Shown here piece by piece: positions 9,772-19,430 of a stretch of 64,000 nucleotides of DNA. Both the position numbers and the translations under genes were made by a program. Every line of letters starts with the position of its first letter. The first letter of the stretch is position 1. The notes beneath the pieces are model-generated. The model was not told where the DNA came from. It saw only the letters and a program-made list of their open reading frames with translations, and did no database searches. Source of the DNA: a bacterium (GTDB lineage: Bacteria > Patescibacteriota > Dojkabacteria > JAKAPS01 > JAJZLI01); assembly GCA_021785355.1 (NCBI GenBank), contig JAJYFR010000004.1:7184-71183 (forward strand), given 5' to 3'.

Positions 9772-10080
9772 TAAATGTGTAAATATTGTGTAAATATTGT
9801 GCATACAATGTTTATAATTTGTTTTTTTTGAGGATAGTTTATAAAAACTTATACATATAAATATTAGTAATATATAAAACTATTCACATAAAAAAATCTT
9901 TGTTTTATAATAATAAATCAAAAAATATGTTTTATTTGCAAAAGATATTTAAGTTGTATATTATAAACAAGAAATACACAGTAATTTTTACTTTAACAAC
10001 AATAAAAATTACTAATTTTTAGAGTTATAAACATGTACTACTAAATACTACTATATTTTATATATAATAATAAAAGAAGA
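9772..10080. other. Putative chromosomal replication origin (oriC), the AT-rich dnaA-dnaN intergenic region
   Basis: 309 bp of non-coding, extremely AT-rich DNA between dnaA and dnaN. It contains a tandem 13-bp direct repeat (TGTAAATATTGTG x2 at about 9778-9803) and degenerate DnaA-box-like 9-mers (CTATTCACA at 9884-9892, 7/9). Confidence 0.45.
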
Positions 10081-11217
10081 ATGGATATAAATATAATAAG
10101 AGAAAATTTCATAGAACTCTTAAATTTTAATATAAAAACATATACATCAAAAGTAAGTATTCCTATACTTTCAAATGTATATATTGAAGCTAGAAATGGT
10201 AAATTGATATTAAAAAGTACAAATTTAGAAAATAGTGTTATTTCTTTTTGTGGAGTTGAAATAATAAAAGAAGGAGAAACTACTGTTAATATTAAAAATA
10301 TATATGATTTTGTAACTAATTTAAAATCAGAAATAATAAATATTAAATTTGAAAATAATACACTTACTATATCTGATAGTTTAAATAAAATATCTTTAAA
10401 TACTATACCAGCAGATGAATTTCCTGATATACCTGATAATGATAGTGATTTATTATTTAAAGTTCCAGCTTATGATTTTTCTTATGCTTTAGATAAAGTT
10501 ACATTTGCTACTTCAACTGATTTATCTAAATTAGTTTTATCTGGAGTTTTTTTTGAGATCAAAGATAATTTTTTAAAATTAATAGGTATTAATGGTTTTA
10601 GATTCTCTAGTTTTAATATAAAAGGTTTAAAAAATATAAAAAAAGATATTATTGATAATATAATAGTTCCATCATCTTCTTTAGATAATATTTCTAAAAT
10701 AATAAAAGATTTAGGTTTAGATAATGATAGTTTTGTTTCAGTTTATCTTGTTGGAAAAAATAATCAATTAATATTTGAAATAGATAATGTTAAATTTTTA
10801 GTTAGATTAATTGAAGGTAAATATCCTGATTATAATAAAATTTTTCCTGAAGATTATGAATGTAGTTTTTCTTTAAATGTAGAAGAGTTTAAAGATGTTA
10901 TAAAACTTTCTTCTATTTTTAAATTAAAAGATATATCTAGAATTTATATAGAAATAGATCCTAAAGAAAATGTAATTAAATTTCAATCATCTTTAAAAGA
11001 AGTTGGAGAAAGTATTAGTATAATAAAAACTAAAATAAAAGGAGTTAAATCTACTGTTAGTTTTAATTCTAAATATATAATGGATTTATTAAATAATTAT
11101 GAAGCTGAAGATATAGAAATAAGTATAAATTCTTCTTCTTTAAAAAAAGTATCAAAGTTTAATGAAAAGAAAAATGATGATTTTGTATATCTTGTAATGC
11201 CTCTTTTGGAAAGATAA
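10081..11217 (+). CDS. dnaN: DNA polymerase III beta sliding clamp
   Basis: 378 aa immediately downstream of dnaA. The N-terminus (INIIRENFIELLNFNIKTYTSKVSIPILSNVYIEARNGKLILKSTNLENSV) is typical of beta clamp domain I, and the size fits the three-domain organisation. Confidence 0.85.
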   Translation: MDINIIRENFIELLNFNIKTYTSKVSIPILSNVYIEARNGKLILKSTNLENSVISFCGVEIIKEGETTVNIKNIYDFVTNLKSEIINIKFENNTLTISDSLNKISLNTIPADEFPDIPDNDSDLLFKVPAYDFSYALDKVTFATSTDLSKLVLSGVFFEIKDNFLKLIGINGFRFSSFNIKGLKNIKKDIIDNIIVPSSSLDNISKIIKDLGLDNDSFVSVYLVGKNNQLIFEIDNVKFLVRLIEGKYPDYNKIFPEDYECSFSLNVEEFKDVIKLSSIFKLKDISRIYIEIDPKENVIKFQSSLKEVGESISIIKTKIKGVKSTVSFNSKYIMDLLNNYEAEDIEISINSSSLKKVSKFNEKKNDDFVYLVMPLLER

Positions 11218-11219
11218 TC

Positions 11220-11504
11220 TTAAAAAGATCCTACTTTAATATTAATATCTATTATATTATTTTCTTTATATTTTTTAATTATTTTTTTAATTAATATATT
11301 TTTTGTAAGTAATATTTCTTGAGAAACATTTGAATTTTTAACTTTAAGTATAATTATATTATCTTTTAAATCTATAAACTTTATATATTTTTTTGAATTA
11401 ATACTAAGTACTGAGTCTAGAGAATCATAAACAATATCCCTTATTTCTATTTTTGACTGTATTTTATTTAATGAAATTTTAGATATGGATATCTTTTTAA
11501 GCAT
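11220..11504 (-). CDS. DciA-like / DUF721-family small protein (putative helicase-loading factor)
   Basis: 94 aa. The C-terminal pattern KFIDLKDNIIILKVKNSNVSQEILLTKNILIKKI...IIDINIKVGSF resembles the DUF721/DciA signature (G-L-x-V-x-V-x-S-x-W-x-x-E-L ... I-x-x-I-x-x-R-V-G) and the gene abuts dnaN. Weak in-head similarity only. Confidence 0.4.
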   Translation of the reverse strand: MLKKISISKISLNKIQSKIEIRDIVYDSLDSVLSINSKKYIKFIDLKDNIIILKVKNSNVSQEILLTKNILIKKIIKKYKENNIIDINIKVGSF

Positions 11505-11862
11505 TAGATATTTTTTTTATAAAATCTTTAGCTTTATTAAAATTCTCCATTTTAGTTAATTTAAAAATATTTAGAACATCATCTGAAGATACAGATTCTT
11601 TTCCTGCAAATTTTTTAATTTCAGAATCATCTAAATCTACACTTAATCTAAACCTATTAACCATATTGTTTAAAGGTTTTACTATATAGATTATATTTTT
11701 ATTTAAACAATTTTCACATCTTATATAAGCTATTGTTACATTTTCATTTTTATCTATAAGTTCTACTAAATTTTTATCATGAAATGCTCCACATTTCTCA
11801 CAATAAGAAGGTATAATATCTAATATCTCTTTTATATCTGGATTGTTTTTATTCTTTGCCAT
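11497..11862 (-). CDS. Zinc-ribbon hypothetical protein
   Basis: 121 aa with two CxxC pairs (CEKCGAF...CENCLNK). Confidence 0.45.
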   Translation of the reverse strand: MAKNKNNPDIKEILDIIPSYCEKCGAFHDKNLVELIDKNENVTIAYIRCENCLNKNIIYIVKPLNNMVNRFRLSVDLDDSEIKKFAGKESVSSDDVLNIFKLTKMENFNKAKDFIKKISNA

Positions 11863-11880
11863 ATATTTGATTATATAACA

Positions 11881-12990
11881 TTATGTCAATAAAGTTTTCT
11901 TTTTTTTGGAAATATTAGTAATAAAAGCTATTATTAAGAATACTATTAATATTGTAAAACCTAATATAATAGCTTTGTGAAAACCTGTTATTATTAATGC
12001 TATTATACCTATAACAGCAGTGAATAAATATTCTATAAAAGCTACTTTTTTTTGAGAAAATCCTAGATCTAATAATCTGTGATGCAGATGTCTTTTATCA
12101 TTTATATTTATTAATCCTAATAATGTTTTAGGTTTTTCTTCTATTATTCTGGATATTATTACCCAAAAAGAGTCTATAACAGGAATAGATAAAACCATCA
12201 TTGTTGAAGCTAGTTTAGCTCCTGAATAAATAGAAAGAATTGCTATTATAAAACCATAAACACTTTTTCCTGAAGCTCCTGAAAAAATTTTAGAAGGATA
12301 AAAGTTATAAAATAGAAATCCTATCAAGAGTCCAGCAAATATAAAACCCATAAAAGCCGTATCATATGTTTGAAAACGTATAGATAAAAGTCCTATTATT
12401 ATTGCAATTATAGATAAATTTCCTTCTGCAAGACCGTCTGTACCTGCCATCCATTTAACAGCATTTATGATAATTAATATCCAAATTATAGAAAGGAAGA
12501 AAGAAACAAAATATAGATGAACCCCTAAAAAATTAAAAGGTATCTGATTTAAAGAAAAGATTCCATATAAAGGTTTTGATATATAATAAATATCTAAACC
12601 AGAGAGAGTTACTATGAGAGTTGCTATAATTTGTATAATCAATTGAAGTTTAGCACTTATATCAAAAATATCATCTATTATACCTCCTAAAAATAACACA
12701 GAAACACCTATTATAAAGAATAATAAATGATAATTTATTTTCAAAAAGAAAAGTATTAAAAATATAAAAGGAAAGATTACTGCAATTCCTCCTAATTTTA
12801 ATTTAGGATCTTGATGAATCCTTCTTTTAGCAGTAGAGTCTAACCTTAAACCTTGAGGTAGATCGTAAACTTTAAATTTTTTAGAAAAATAACCTATTAA
12901 AGGAGTTAGAAGAAAAGAAATTAAAAAACTTTCTAAAAAAATAGGTAAAAAAGATATATATTTTAAATACACTATAAGACTATTATTCAT
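11881..12990 (-). CDS. Glycosyltransferase family 4 polyprenyl-phosphate hexosamine-1-phosphate transferase (WecA/MraY family)
   Basis: 369 aa polytopic membrane protein with the family motif INAVKWMAGTDGLAEG (NxxNxxDGxDGLA) and an HHRLLDLGFSQKKV segment. Confidence 0.7.
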   Translation of the reverse strand: MNNSLIVYLKYISFLPIFLESFLISFLLTPLIGYFSKKFKVYDLPQGLRLDSTAKRRIHQDPKLKLGGIAVIFPFIFLILFFLKINYHLLFFIIGVSVLFLGGIIDDIFDISAKLQLIIQIIATLIVTLSGLDIYYISKPLYGIFSLNQIPFNFLGVHLYFVSFFLSIIWILIIINAVKWMAGTDGLAEGNLSIIAIIIGLLSIRFQTYDTAFMGFIFAGLLIGFLFYNFYPSKIFSGASGKSVYGFIIAILSIYSGAKLASTMMVLSIPVIDSFWVIISRIIEEKPKTLLGLININDKRHLHHRLLDLGFSQKKVAFIEYLFTAVIGIIALIITGFHKAIILGFTILIVFLIIAFITNISKKKKTLLT

Positions 12991-13424
12991 AGAGACATTT
13001 GTATGATTTTATACACATCTAAAACTGTAAAAAAAATAAAGGCTATACCCAAAAAATGGCTTAGGAAATACATTCCTTTGACCTTATAGTAGGTTTTGTA
13101 TGACGTGTAAAAAAATAAAAAGTATCCAAAAATTAAAACCGATAGAATTAAAAATAATGAGACTTTAGGATATAAAACAAACTTATTATTGAAAAATATT
13201 ATAGGTATATTTCCAGGAAGGTGGGAATAGTAAATTATAAGTAAAATTATATAATTTATTATTAAAAATAAATTTATAAAGAGATAAAACCATGTAAAAA
13301 AATTCTTCCAAAAAGATATATTTTTTATTTGTTCTACATAATTATTGATAAAATTTTTATTTTTTAACAATAAAGATTCTTTTTTTATGTTTAAAGGTAT
13401 TTGATTTAATTTTTTATATTCCAT
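12987..13424 (-). CDS. Hypothetical small polytopic membrane protein
   Basis: 145 aa with 3-4 hydrophobic helices; overlaps the GT4 gene by 4 nt (operonic). Confidence 0.45.
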   Translation of the reverse strand: MEYKKLNQIPLNIKKESLLLKNKNFINNYVEQIKNISFWKNFFTWFYLFINLFLIINYIILLIIYYSHLPGNIPIIFFNNKFVLYPKVSLFLILSVLIFGYFLFFYTSYKTYYKVKGMYFLSHFLGIAFIFFTVLDVYKIIQMSL

Positions 13425-13551
13425 CTTTGTTTAAGTATAACACAATAATATATCTATATTTATAGGTATTTTATATTATATTTTCTTATGTATTTTTATC
13501 ACTTATATTAGAAAATATAAAGATTATTTATAAAAATATAAGATTAATTTA

Positions 13552-15540
13552 CTAGTTATAGAAGTAAGTGTAAGTGTTGTTAGAGTTATAAATAATATTG
13601 TATAAAAATAGTTTATTTTTTGAAGTTATAAATCCGTTTATTATATTGGGAGTATTAACTAATTTTTGTAATTTATTAAATATATTTATATTTACATAAA
13701 TAACCCCATTATTTTTTATATGAAAAGCACTTTCTGTCAAAGAATTTATAACTAAAGCTTGGCTACTTAAAGAGTTTTTAGTTGTAGATAGGTTTAAATC
13801 TCCAGGGTTATTAGTATATATATTTTTTATTATCTGGCCTTTATCAAGTGATATAAAATCATAACTAACTATATTTAGAGAGTTGTTTTTATTTTTCTTA
13901 TTGTAATAAGCAATCATATAGGATTTTTTACCAGAAATTATATTTTTTAATATACTCTCGTTATTATAAAAAGTTTGATATATATTGATATTTTCTGTTT
14001 CTATATTTATTAAATTATTATAAAAAGTTTTAAGAAGAGAGGTTTTTATGAGTTTTGTTTTATTTAAAAGGTTTATATTTTTATTGTAGTAAAAATTGTT
14101 TATATAAATTTTTTTACTTTTCCCTATATTTTCTATTAAACTTTTATAAGTAATAGCTGTTTGTATAGTATCTTTTATATAACCATTTTCTTCTTGATAA
14201 TATTTAAATAAAACCATTTTATTTTCATAAAAATAAACATTTTTTAGTACTGGACTTAAAAAACTAGTAAGATATAGAATTTGAGAATCTTTTGTGCTAA
14301 TTTTTGAATTTATATTTATAGCTTTATTGTAATTATGATTTTGGATAAGAGACATTTCATATACAGTATTATTTTCTATATATTTGTAATCTTTATATAT
14401 TGTATAGGTATAAAATCCTATACATATAAGTAATATAATTATTATTATAGAAAATAAAGGTTTTCTTTTTTTCAATTTCTTTTTTTTAGTATCATAATCT
14501 ATTAAATAATTCTTTTTTATATTATCAAAATTAGAAATATCTAGTTTTGATAAGGATTCTTTTTTTACGATTTCTTTTTCATCTTTATCTTGATTTTGAG
14601 GAATATTAATAATATTTTTAGTTTGAATTAAAACTTTAGGCTTTTTTAATACATCTATTAATTTATAATCCAGAGTTTTCTTTAATCCTTCCTCAAGAGA
14701 AGTTTTAGGTGTCCATTCTTCATAAACATTAATAGAATTTTTTATTCTATCTTCTAACCTCTCTTCTCTACTCTCTTTATGTGTTATAGGAAATCCTGTA
14801 ATATCAGATATTCTGAAAGCTAAAGAGATATTTGATATATCTTCTTTGTTTGCAAGAACAAATTCACCTTCTTTGTCTGAAAATAAAATATTTGCTATTC
14901 CAAAAAGAATATCTTCAAGATATATATAGTGAAAAAAAGAATTTTCTTTATTTATAGAGATTTTCTCTTTTTCTTTTATACTTTCTATTATTTCGTTAAT
15001 AGGTGTTTTTATAAAATTATCTAATCTTTCTCCATAAACCTCCCCTACTTTTATTAAAGAGACTTTAGAACCTTCTTTCTCTTTTAATGTTTTTTTCTCT
15101 ATACTTTCCGTGTATTCTAAAAAATATTTTGATTTTTCTTTTGATAAATTTAAAACAACTCCAATATTGGCAGAATAAAATTTTGAAATTTTGAAAAAAA
15201 TATCTAATAATTCTAAATTTTTTTGCACATTTATTTCTTCTTTATATTCAAAATTTCCTAAAAATAAAGAGAAATTTAAAGAGTTTAATTTCTTTAAAAT
15301 ATCTAATATATCTATATTTGATAAAACGTCTAAAATTTTAACTTCACCTTTAATATTTTTATCTTTAATACTTTTTATTTTTTTTATATTTTCAATATTT
15401 TTTCTTGTAATACTGTCAATTAAAAGTACATTTCCTCCTCCTAACAAAATCTCTTCGGTAAGTTTTTCTCCTAAGAAATTTAACCCATTAAATATTAATG
15501 ATGTAGGTAAATTTTTTGTAAAAAAATTATTTTTGGACAT
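13552..15540 (-). CDS. Membrane-anchored protein with degenerate NAD-dependent epimerase/dehydratase-like N-terminal domain
   Basis: 662 aa. The N-terminal approx 290 aa carries relics of the SDR-epimerase fold (KVGEVYGERLD, FFHYIYLEDILFGIANILFS) but lacks an intact GxxGxxG. A single TM (LFSIIIIILLICIGFYTYTIY) is followed by an approx 290-aa Asn/Tyr-rich extracytoplasmic domain. Confidence 0.4.
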   Translation of the reverse strand: MSKNNFFTKNLPTSLIFNGLNFLGEKLTEEILLGGGNVLLIDSITRKNIENIKKIKSIKDKNIKGEVKILDVLSNIDILDILKKLNSLNFSLFLGNFEYKEEINVQKNLELLDIFFKISKFYSANIGVVLNLSKEKSKYFLEYTESIEKKTLKEKEGSKVSLIKVGEVYGERLDNFIKTPINEIIESIKEKEKISINKENSFFHYIYLEDILFGIANILFSDKEGEFVLANKEDISNISLAFRISDITGFPITHKESREERLEDRIKNSINVYEEWTPKTSLEEGLKKTLDYKLIDVLKKPKVLIQTKNIINIPQNQDKDEKEIVKKESLSKLDISNFDNIKKNYLIDYDTKKKKLKKRKPLFSIIIIILLICIGFYTYTIYKDYKYIENNTVYEMSLIQNHNYNKAININSKISTKDSQILYLTSFLSPVLKNVYFYENKMVLFKYYQEENGYIKDTIQTAITYKSLIENIGKSKKIYINNFYYNKNINLLNKTKLIKTSLLKTFYNNLINIETENINIYQTFYNNESILKNIISGKKSYMIAYYNKKNKNNSLNIVSYDFISLDKGQIIKNIYTNNPGDLNLSTTKNSLSSQALVINSLTESAFHIKNNGVIYVNINIFNKLQKLVNTPNIINGFITSKNKLFLYNIIYNSNNTYTYFYN

Positions 15541-15634
15541 TAATTAAGCTTATCAGTTTTACCTTTATAAGTAAATTATATTTAAGTTTTTGTGTTATAT
15601 AAATCAATTTGAAAACAAGAAAAATACAAAGGGT

Positions 15635-15664
15635 TTGACAAAGAACATAAGGGAGTGCTAAACT
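15635..15664 (+). promoter_or_regulatory. Putative sigma70-type promoter of hrcA overlapping a CIRCE half-site
   Basis: TTGACA at 15635-15640, 17-18 nt spacer, then TAAACT-like -10 at 15659-15664. The 9-mer GAGTGCTAA (15653-15661) equals the right half of the CIRCE consensus TTAGCACTC-N9-GAGTGCTAA, but the left half is absent. TGCTAAAC is repeated directly at 15656-15663 and 15686-15693. Confidence 0.4.
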
Positions 15665-15696
15665 ATTGGCAGTTACGTTAAAAGTTTGCTAAACAT

Positions 15697-16419
15697 ATGA
15701 CACCAAGACAAGCTAAAATACTAGAATATGTTATTTTAGAGTACATGGAAACAGCTCAAGCTGTAGGGTCTGTCTCAATGTCTAGAAAATATAGAGTAGA
15801 TGCCTCTCCTGCTACAATAAGGAACGAGATGGCAAATCTTATAGATTTAGGATTTTTATCAAAAGAGCATTTTTCTTCTGGTAGGATTCCTACAACTGTT
15901 GGATTTAGATATTATTTAGAAAACTTTTTAAGAGAAGAGGATTTGAATTATTTAGATGAAATGGCTATAAAAGAAGCATTGCATGAGTCTAGATTTCAAA
16001 GAGAAAAAATATTAAAAACTGCTGTAGAAATATTATCTAAACATTTAGAATATACAGCTATAGCGCTTGCATCTGGATCTTTATATTATTCAGGAATTTC
16101 AGATATTTTAAATTATCCTGAATTTGAAGATTTAGCTACTCTTAAAAATATAATATCAGTAATAGAAAATGCTGATATATTAGATAGTATTTTTGAGAAA
16201 GGAAATAAATATGAAGGTGGGGTAAAAATATTAATAGGAGAAGAAACAGGATTTAATAGTTTTAGTTCTTGCGCAATTGCATATAAAGGTTTTAGATTAC
16301 ATAGAGGGGAACAAGGGTATCTTGCTGTTATAGGTCCTTTTAGAATGAACTATAATAAAGTTCTACCCTTTTTAAACTATACAGCAGATATATTAGAAGA
16401 GGTAACCTCTGGGTGGTAA
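15697..16419 (+). CDS. hrcA: Heat-inducible transcription repressor HrcA (short form)
   Basis: N-terminal winged-helix signature AQAVGSVSMSRKYRVDASPATIRNEMANLIDLGFLSKEHFSSGRIPTTVGFRYYLENFL and position upstream of grpE-dnaK. 240 aa, shorter than canonical HrcA (about 340 aa). Confidence 0.8.
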   Translation: MTPRQAKILEYVILEYMETAQAVGSVSMSRKYRVDASPATIRNEMANLIDLGFLSKEHFSSGRIPTTVGFRYYLENFLREEDLNYLDEMAIKEALHESRFQREKILKTAVEILSKHLEYTAIALASGSLYYSGISDILNYPEFEDLATLKNIISVIENADILDSIFEKGNKYEGGVKILIGEETGFNSFSSCAIAYKGFRLHRGEQGYLAVIGPFRMNYNKVLPFLNYTADILEEVTSGW

Positions 16420-16442
16420 TTTATTTATATATTTAAAATATT

Positions 16443-16970
16443 ATGGCTACAAAAAAAACAAAAGAACCAAAAATAAAGATAGAAGAAGAAGTTATAAAAG
16501 AACTTGATTCTAGAGATAAAGAAATAGAAGATCTTATAAAAACAAAAGATGATTTAGAGAATAAATTAAAAAATGCTTTATCTGACTATCAAAATTTTAA
16601 AAGAAGAATAGAAACTGAAAAAGAAAATAATGCAGACGTATTAAACAATTTATTACTTAGGGATTTTATAAATATGTCTGATAATCTATATCTTTATATT
16701 AAACATATAGAGAAAACCATTAAAGATGAAAATATTTTAATGGGAATAAACATGATATATGAAGAGAGCCTTAATGTAATAAAAGCACAAGGAGTAACAC
16801 TCTCTTCTGTTAAAGAGGGAGATACTTTTTCTCCTTTATTACATGAGGTTGTTGGTACTGTAGCAGGAGAAGATGAAAATAAGATAAGAGAGGTAGTTAG
16901 GGTAGGTTACGAGAAAGATGGTAAGGTTATAAGGCCAGCAAGAGTTATCGTAGAAAAAAAAGAAAATTAA
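16443..16970 (+). CDS. grpE: Nucleotide exchange factor GrpE
   Basis: N-terminal coiled coil plus C-terminal GrpE core (DFKRRIETEKENNADVLNNLLLRDFINMSDNL ... VVRVGYEKDGKVIRPARVIV). Confidence 0.85.
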   Translation: MATKKTKEPKIKIEEEVIKELDSRDKEIEDLIKTKDDLENKLKNALSDYQNFKRRIETEKENNADVLNNLLLRDFINMSDNLYLYIKHIEKTIKDENILMGINMIYEESLNVIKAQGVTLSSVKEGDTFSPLLHEVVGTVAGEDENKIREVVRVGYEKDGKVIRPARVIVEKKEN

Positions 16971-16994
16971 ATTATTTTAGTATTATAAACAATT

Positions 16995-18908
16995 ATGTCA
17001 AAAATTTTAGGAATAGATTTAGGAACAACAAATTCAGCAATGTCCTTTATGGAAGGAGGAAATCCTACTGTAATAACAAATTCTGAAGGAGCAAGAACTA
17101 CTCCGTCAGTAATAGCAATTTTACCTGATAAATCTAGAGCTGTAGGTATTACAGCTAAGAATCAAATGGTTTTGAATCCAAAACAAACTTTTTATTCAAT
17201 TAAAAGGTTAATAGGAAGATCATTTGATGACGAAGAGGTACAAAGAGATTTAAAAGTATTTCCTTTTGAGTTAAGAAAATCTTCAGGAGGAGGAATAGAA
17301 GTTCAATTTGGAGATGAATGGTTAGCTCCAGAAGCTTTATCTGCACTAGTTTTATCTAAATTAAAAACAGATGCAGAGGCTTTTTTAGGAGAAAAAATAA
17401 CAGAGGCAGTTATAACTGTACCTGCATATTTTGATGATTCTCAAAGACAAGCAACTAAAAACGCAGGAAAAATAGCAGGTTTAGATGTAAAAAGAATAAT
17501 TAATGAACCAACAGCAGCAGCACTTGCTTATGGATTTGATAAAAAGGGAGAAAAAACAATAGTTGTTTATGATTTAGGAGGAGGAACATTTGATGTTTCA
17601 ATTCTAGAATTAGGAGATGGAATATTTGAGGTTATATCAACAAATGGAGATACCCATTTAGGAGGAGACGATTTCGATAGAAGAATAATAGATTATATTG
17701 CAGAAGAGTTTCAGAAAACAAATGGAATAGATTTAAGGAGTGACTCTGCTGCACTACAAAGATTAAAAGAAGCAAGTGAAAAAGCAAAAATAGAACTATC
17801 TTCTACTAATCAAACTCAAATAAACATTCCTTTCATAACTGCAGATGCAACAGGGCCAAAGCATTTAAATATGAGTATTACTAGAGCTCAGTTAGAAAAT
17901 TTAGTTAAAGACTTAGTTGATGAAACTATGACTCCTGTAAAAAAAGCATTAGAAGATGCTAAAAAGAAAGTTGGAGATATAGATGAGATTATATTAGTAG
18001 GTGGTATGACAAGAATGCCAGCAATTAGTGATGCTGTAAAAAATTTCTTTAATAAAGAACCTAATAAAAGTGTGAACCCTGATGAAGTAGTTGCAATAGG
18101 AGCTGCTGTACAAGGAGGAGTTTTAGCTGGAGATGTAAGAGACGTAACTTTACTAGATGTTACTCCCCTATCTTTAGGTTTAGAAACTCTAGGAGGTGTT
18201 TCTACTAGAATAATAGATAGAAATTCAACAATTCCTATTCAAAAGCAACAAGTTTTTACTACAGCAGCAGATAATCAAACTTCTGTAGAAATACATATTT
18301 TGCAAGGAGAGAGAGAATTTGCAAAAGATAATAAAACTTTAGGTAGATTTATTTTAGATGGAGTTGCTCCTGCTAAGAGAGGGATTCCTCAAATAGAAGT
18401 ATCTTTTGATATTGATGCAAACGGTATTTTGAAAGTTTCTGCAACAGATAAAGCTACAGGGAAACAACAACATATAACAATTACTGCAAATACTTCTCTT
18501 TCTGATGATGAAGTTGAAAGATTAGTAAAAGAAGCAAAGGAGAATGAAGAAGAAGATAAAAAGAAGAAGGAGTTGATAGACCTTAAAAATACTTCTGAAA
18601 CTGTTGCTTTTTCAGCTGAAACATTTTTAACAGAGAATAAAGATAAGATACCAGAAGACAAAAAAACTTTATTAGAAGAAAAAATCTCAGCTCTAAAGGA
18701 AGTAAGTTCAAAAGAAGATGTATCTAAAGAAGACTTAGAGAAAGCTATGAATGAACTAGAAAGCACTATGCAAGAGATAGGAACGTCTATGAATCAAGGA
18801 GGCTCTAATACTGAAGGAGATACTTCAGGAGGCACTACAAATGAGGAAGGAGGAAATAGCGAAGAAACTCCACCTACAGATGAACCTAAAGAAGGTGAAG
18901 TTCTCTAA
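16995..18908 (+). CDS. dnaK: Molecular chaperone DnaK (Hsp70)
   Basis: Hsp70 signatures [24 protein letters not shown] and [13 protein letters not shown]; 637 aa with an acidic C-terminal tail. Confidence 0.97.
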   Translation: MSKILGIDLGTTNSAMSFMEGGNPTVITNSEGARTTPSVIAILPDKSRAVGITAKNQMVLNPKQTFYSIKRLIGRSFDDEEVQRDLKVFPFELRKSSGGGIEVQFGDEWLAPEALSALVLSKLKTDAEAFLGEKITEAVITVPAYFDDSQRQATKNAGKIAGLDVKRIINEPTAAALAYGFDKKGEKTIVVYDLGGGTFDVSILELGDGIFEVISTNGDTHLGGDDFDRRIIDYIAEEFQKTNGIDLRSDSAALQRLKEASEKAKIELSSTNQTQINIPFITADATGPKHLNMSITRAQLENLVKDLVDETMTPVKKALEDAKKKVGDIDEIILVGGMTRMPAISDAVKNFFNKEPNKSVNPDEVVAIGAAVQGGVLAGDVRDVTLLDVTPLSLGLETLGGVSTRIIDRNSTIPIQKQQVFTTAADNQTSVEIHILQGEREFAKDNKTLGRFILDGVAPAKRGIPQIEVSFDIDANGILKVSATDKATGKQQHITITANTSLSDDEVERLVKEAKENEEEDKKKKELIDLKNTSETVAFSAETFLTENKDKIPEDKKTLLEEKISALKEVSSKEDVSKEDLEKAMNELESTMQEIGTSMNQGGSNTEGDTSGGTTNEEGGNSEETPPTDEPKEGEVL

Positions 18909-19088
18909 AACTCTTTAAATATAATATTAAGGCTCTCTAATGATAGGGGGCCTTTTTATTTTTATAAGTGTATTTATTAAAAAATAAGTTGAATTGTATC
19001 TTTCAGTGGAGTGTAATGTTCTATATACTTACTATTGTTATCAGTAATAAAATTTTTTGATATATTATTTATAAGAACATAAATAATT

Positions 19089-19295
19089 CTAAATTTTATT
19101 TTCTAGGAATGTTTTTAATTTCTGAGATTTTAATTTAGTGAATTTTTTAATTTTTGTTTGACTTGTTAAAACCCTTATCGAAAAATCTTCATTATTATCT
19201 GTTATTATTTCTAGGTCACTTAAAAATTTAACCTTCTCTTCTTCTGGGAGGATTTCATCAAGGTTTAGATATTTTATATGTTGATAATTAATCAT
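19089..19295 (-). CDS. Small hypothetical protein (68 aa), uncertain
   Basis: Only ORF in an otherwise empty 520-bp gap; acidic/Lys-rich, no motif. Confidence 0.2.
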   Translation of the reverse strand: MINYQHIKYLNLDEILPEEEKVKFLSDLEIITDNNEDFSIRVLTSQTKIKKFTKLKSQKLKTFLENKI

Positions 19296-19430
19296 TAATT
19301 ACATTTTATCAATTAATTAATAATAATACTATATTTAGGTTTTATTAAAATTAGATTATAAAATTAAAGACCACTGTTTATTGCCTTACTGTAAACAAAA
19401 CTTTATTTTTATTTAAAAAAAATTAAAAAT

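Noticed and set aside
15635-15661. Full CIRCE operator upstream of hrcA
   Set aside because: Only the right half (GAGTGCTAA) is present. The expected left half 9 nt upstream is TTGACAAAG (4/9), so no canonical inverted repeat is called.
18909-19430. Possible tRNA or other small RNA gene in ORF-poor gaps (18909-19430, 24331-24461, 25521-25690, 51127-51319)
   Set aside because: All are extremely AT-rich with no GC-rich cloverleaf-compatible segment and no conserved T-loop (GTTCRANYC) matches by eye. Only a weak hairpin (AAGGC...GCCTT plus a T-run at about 18932-18960) after dnaK was seen, which is too weak to call as a terminator.
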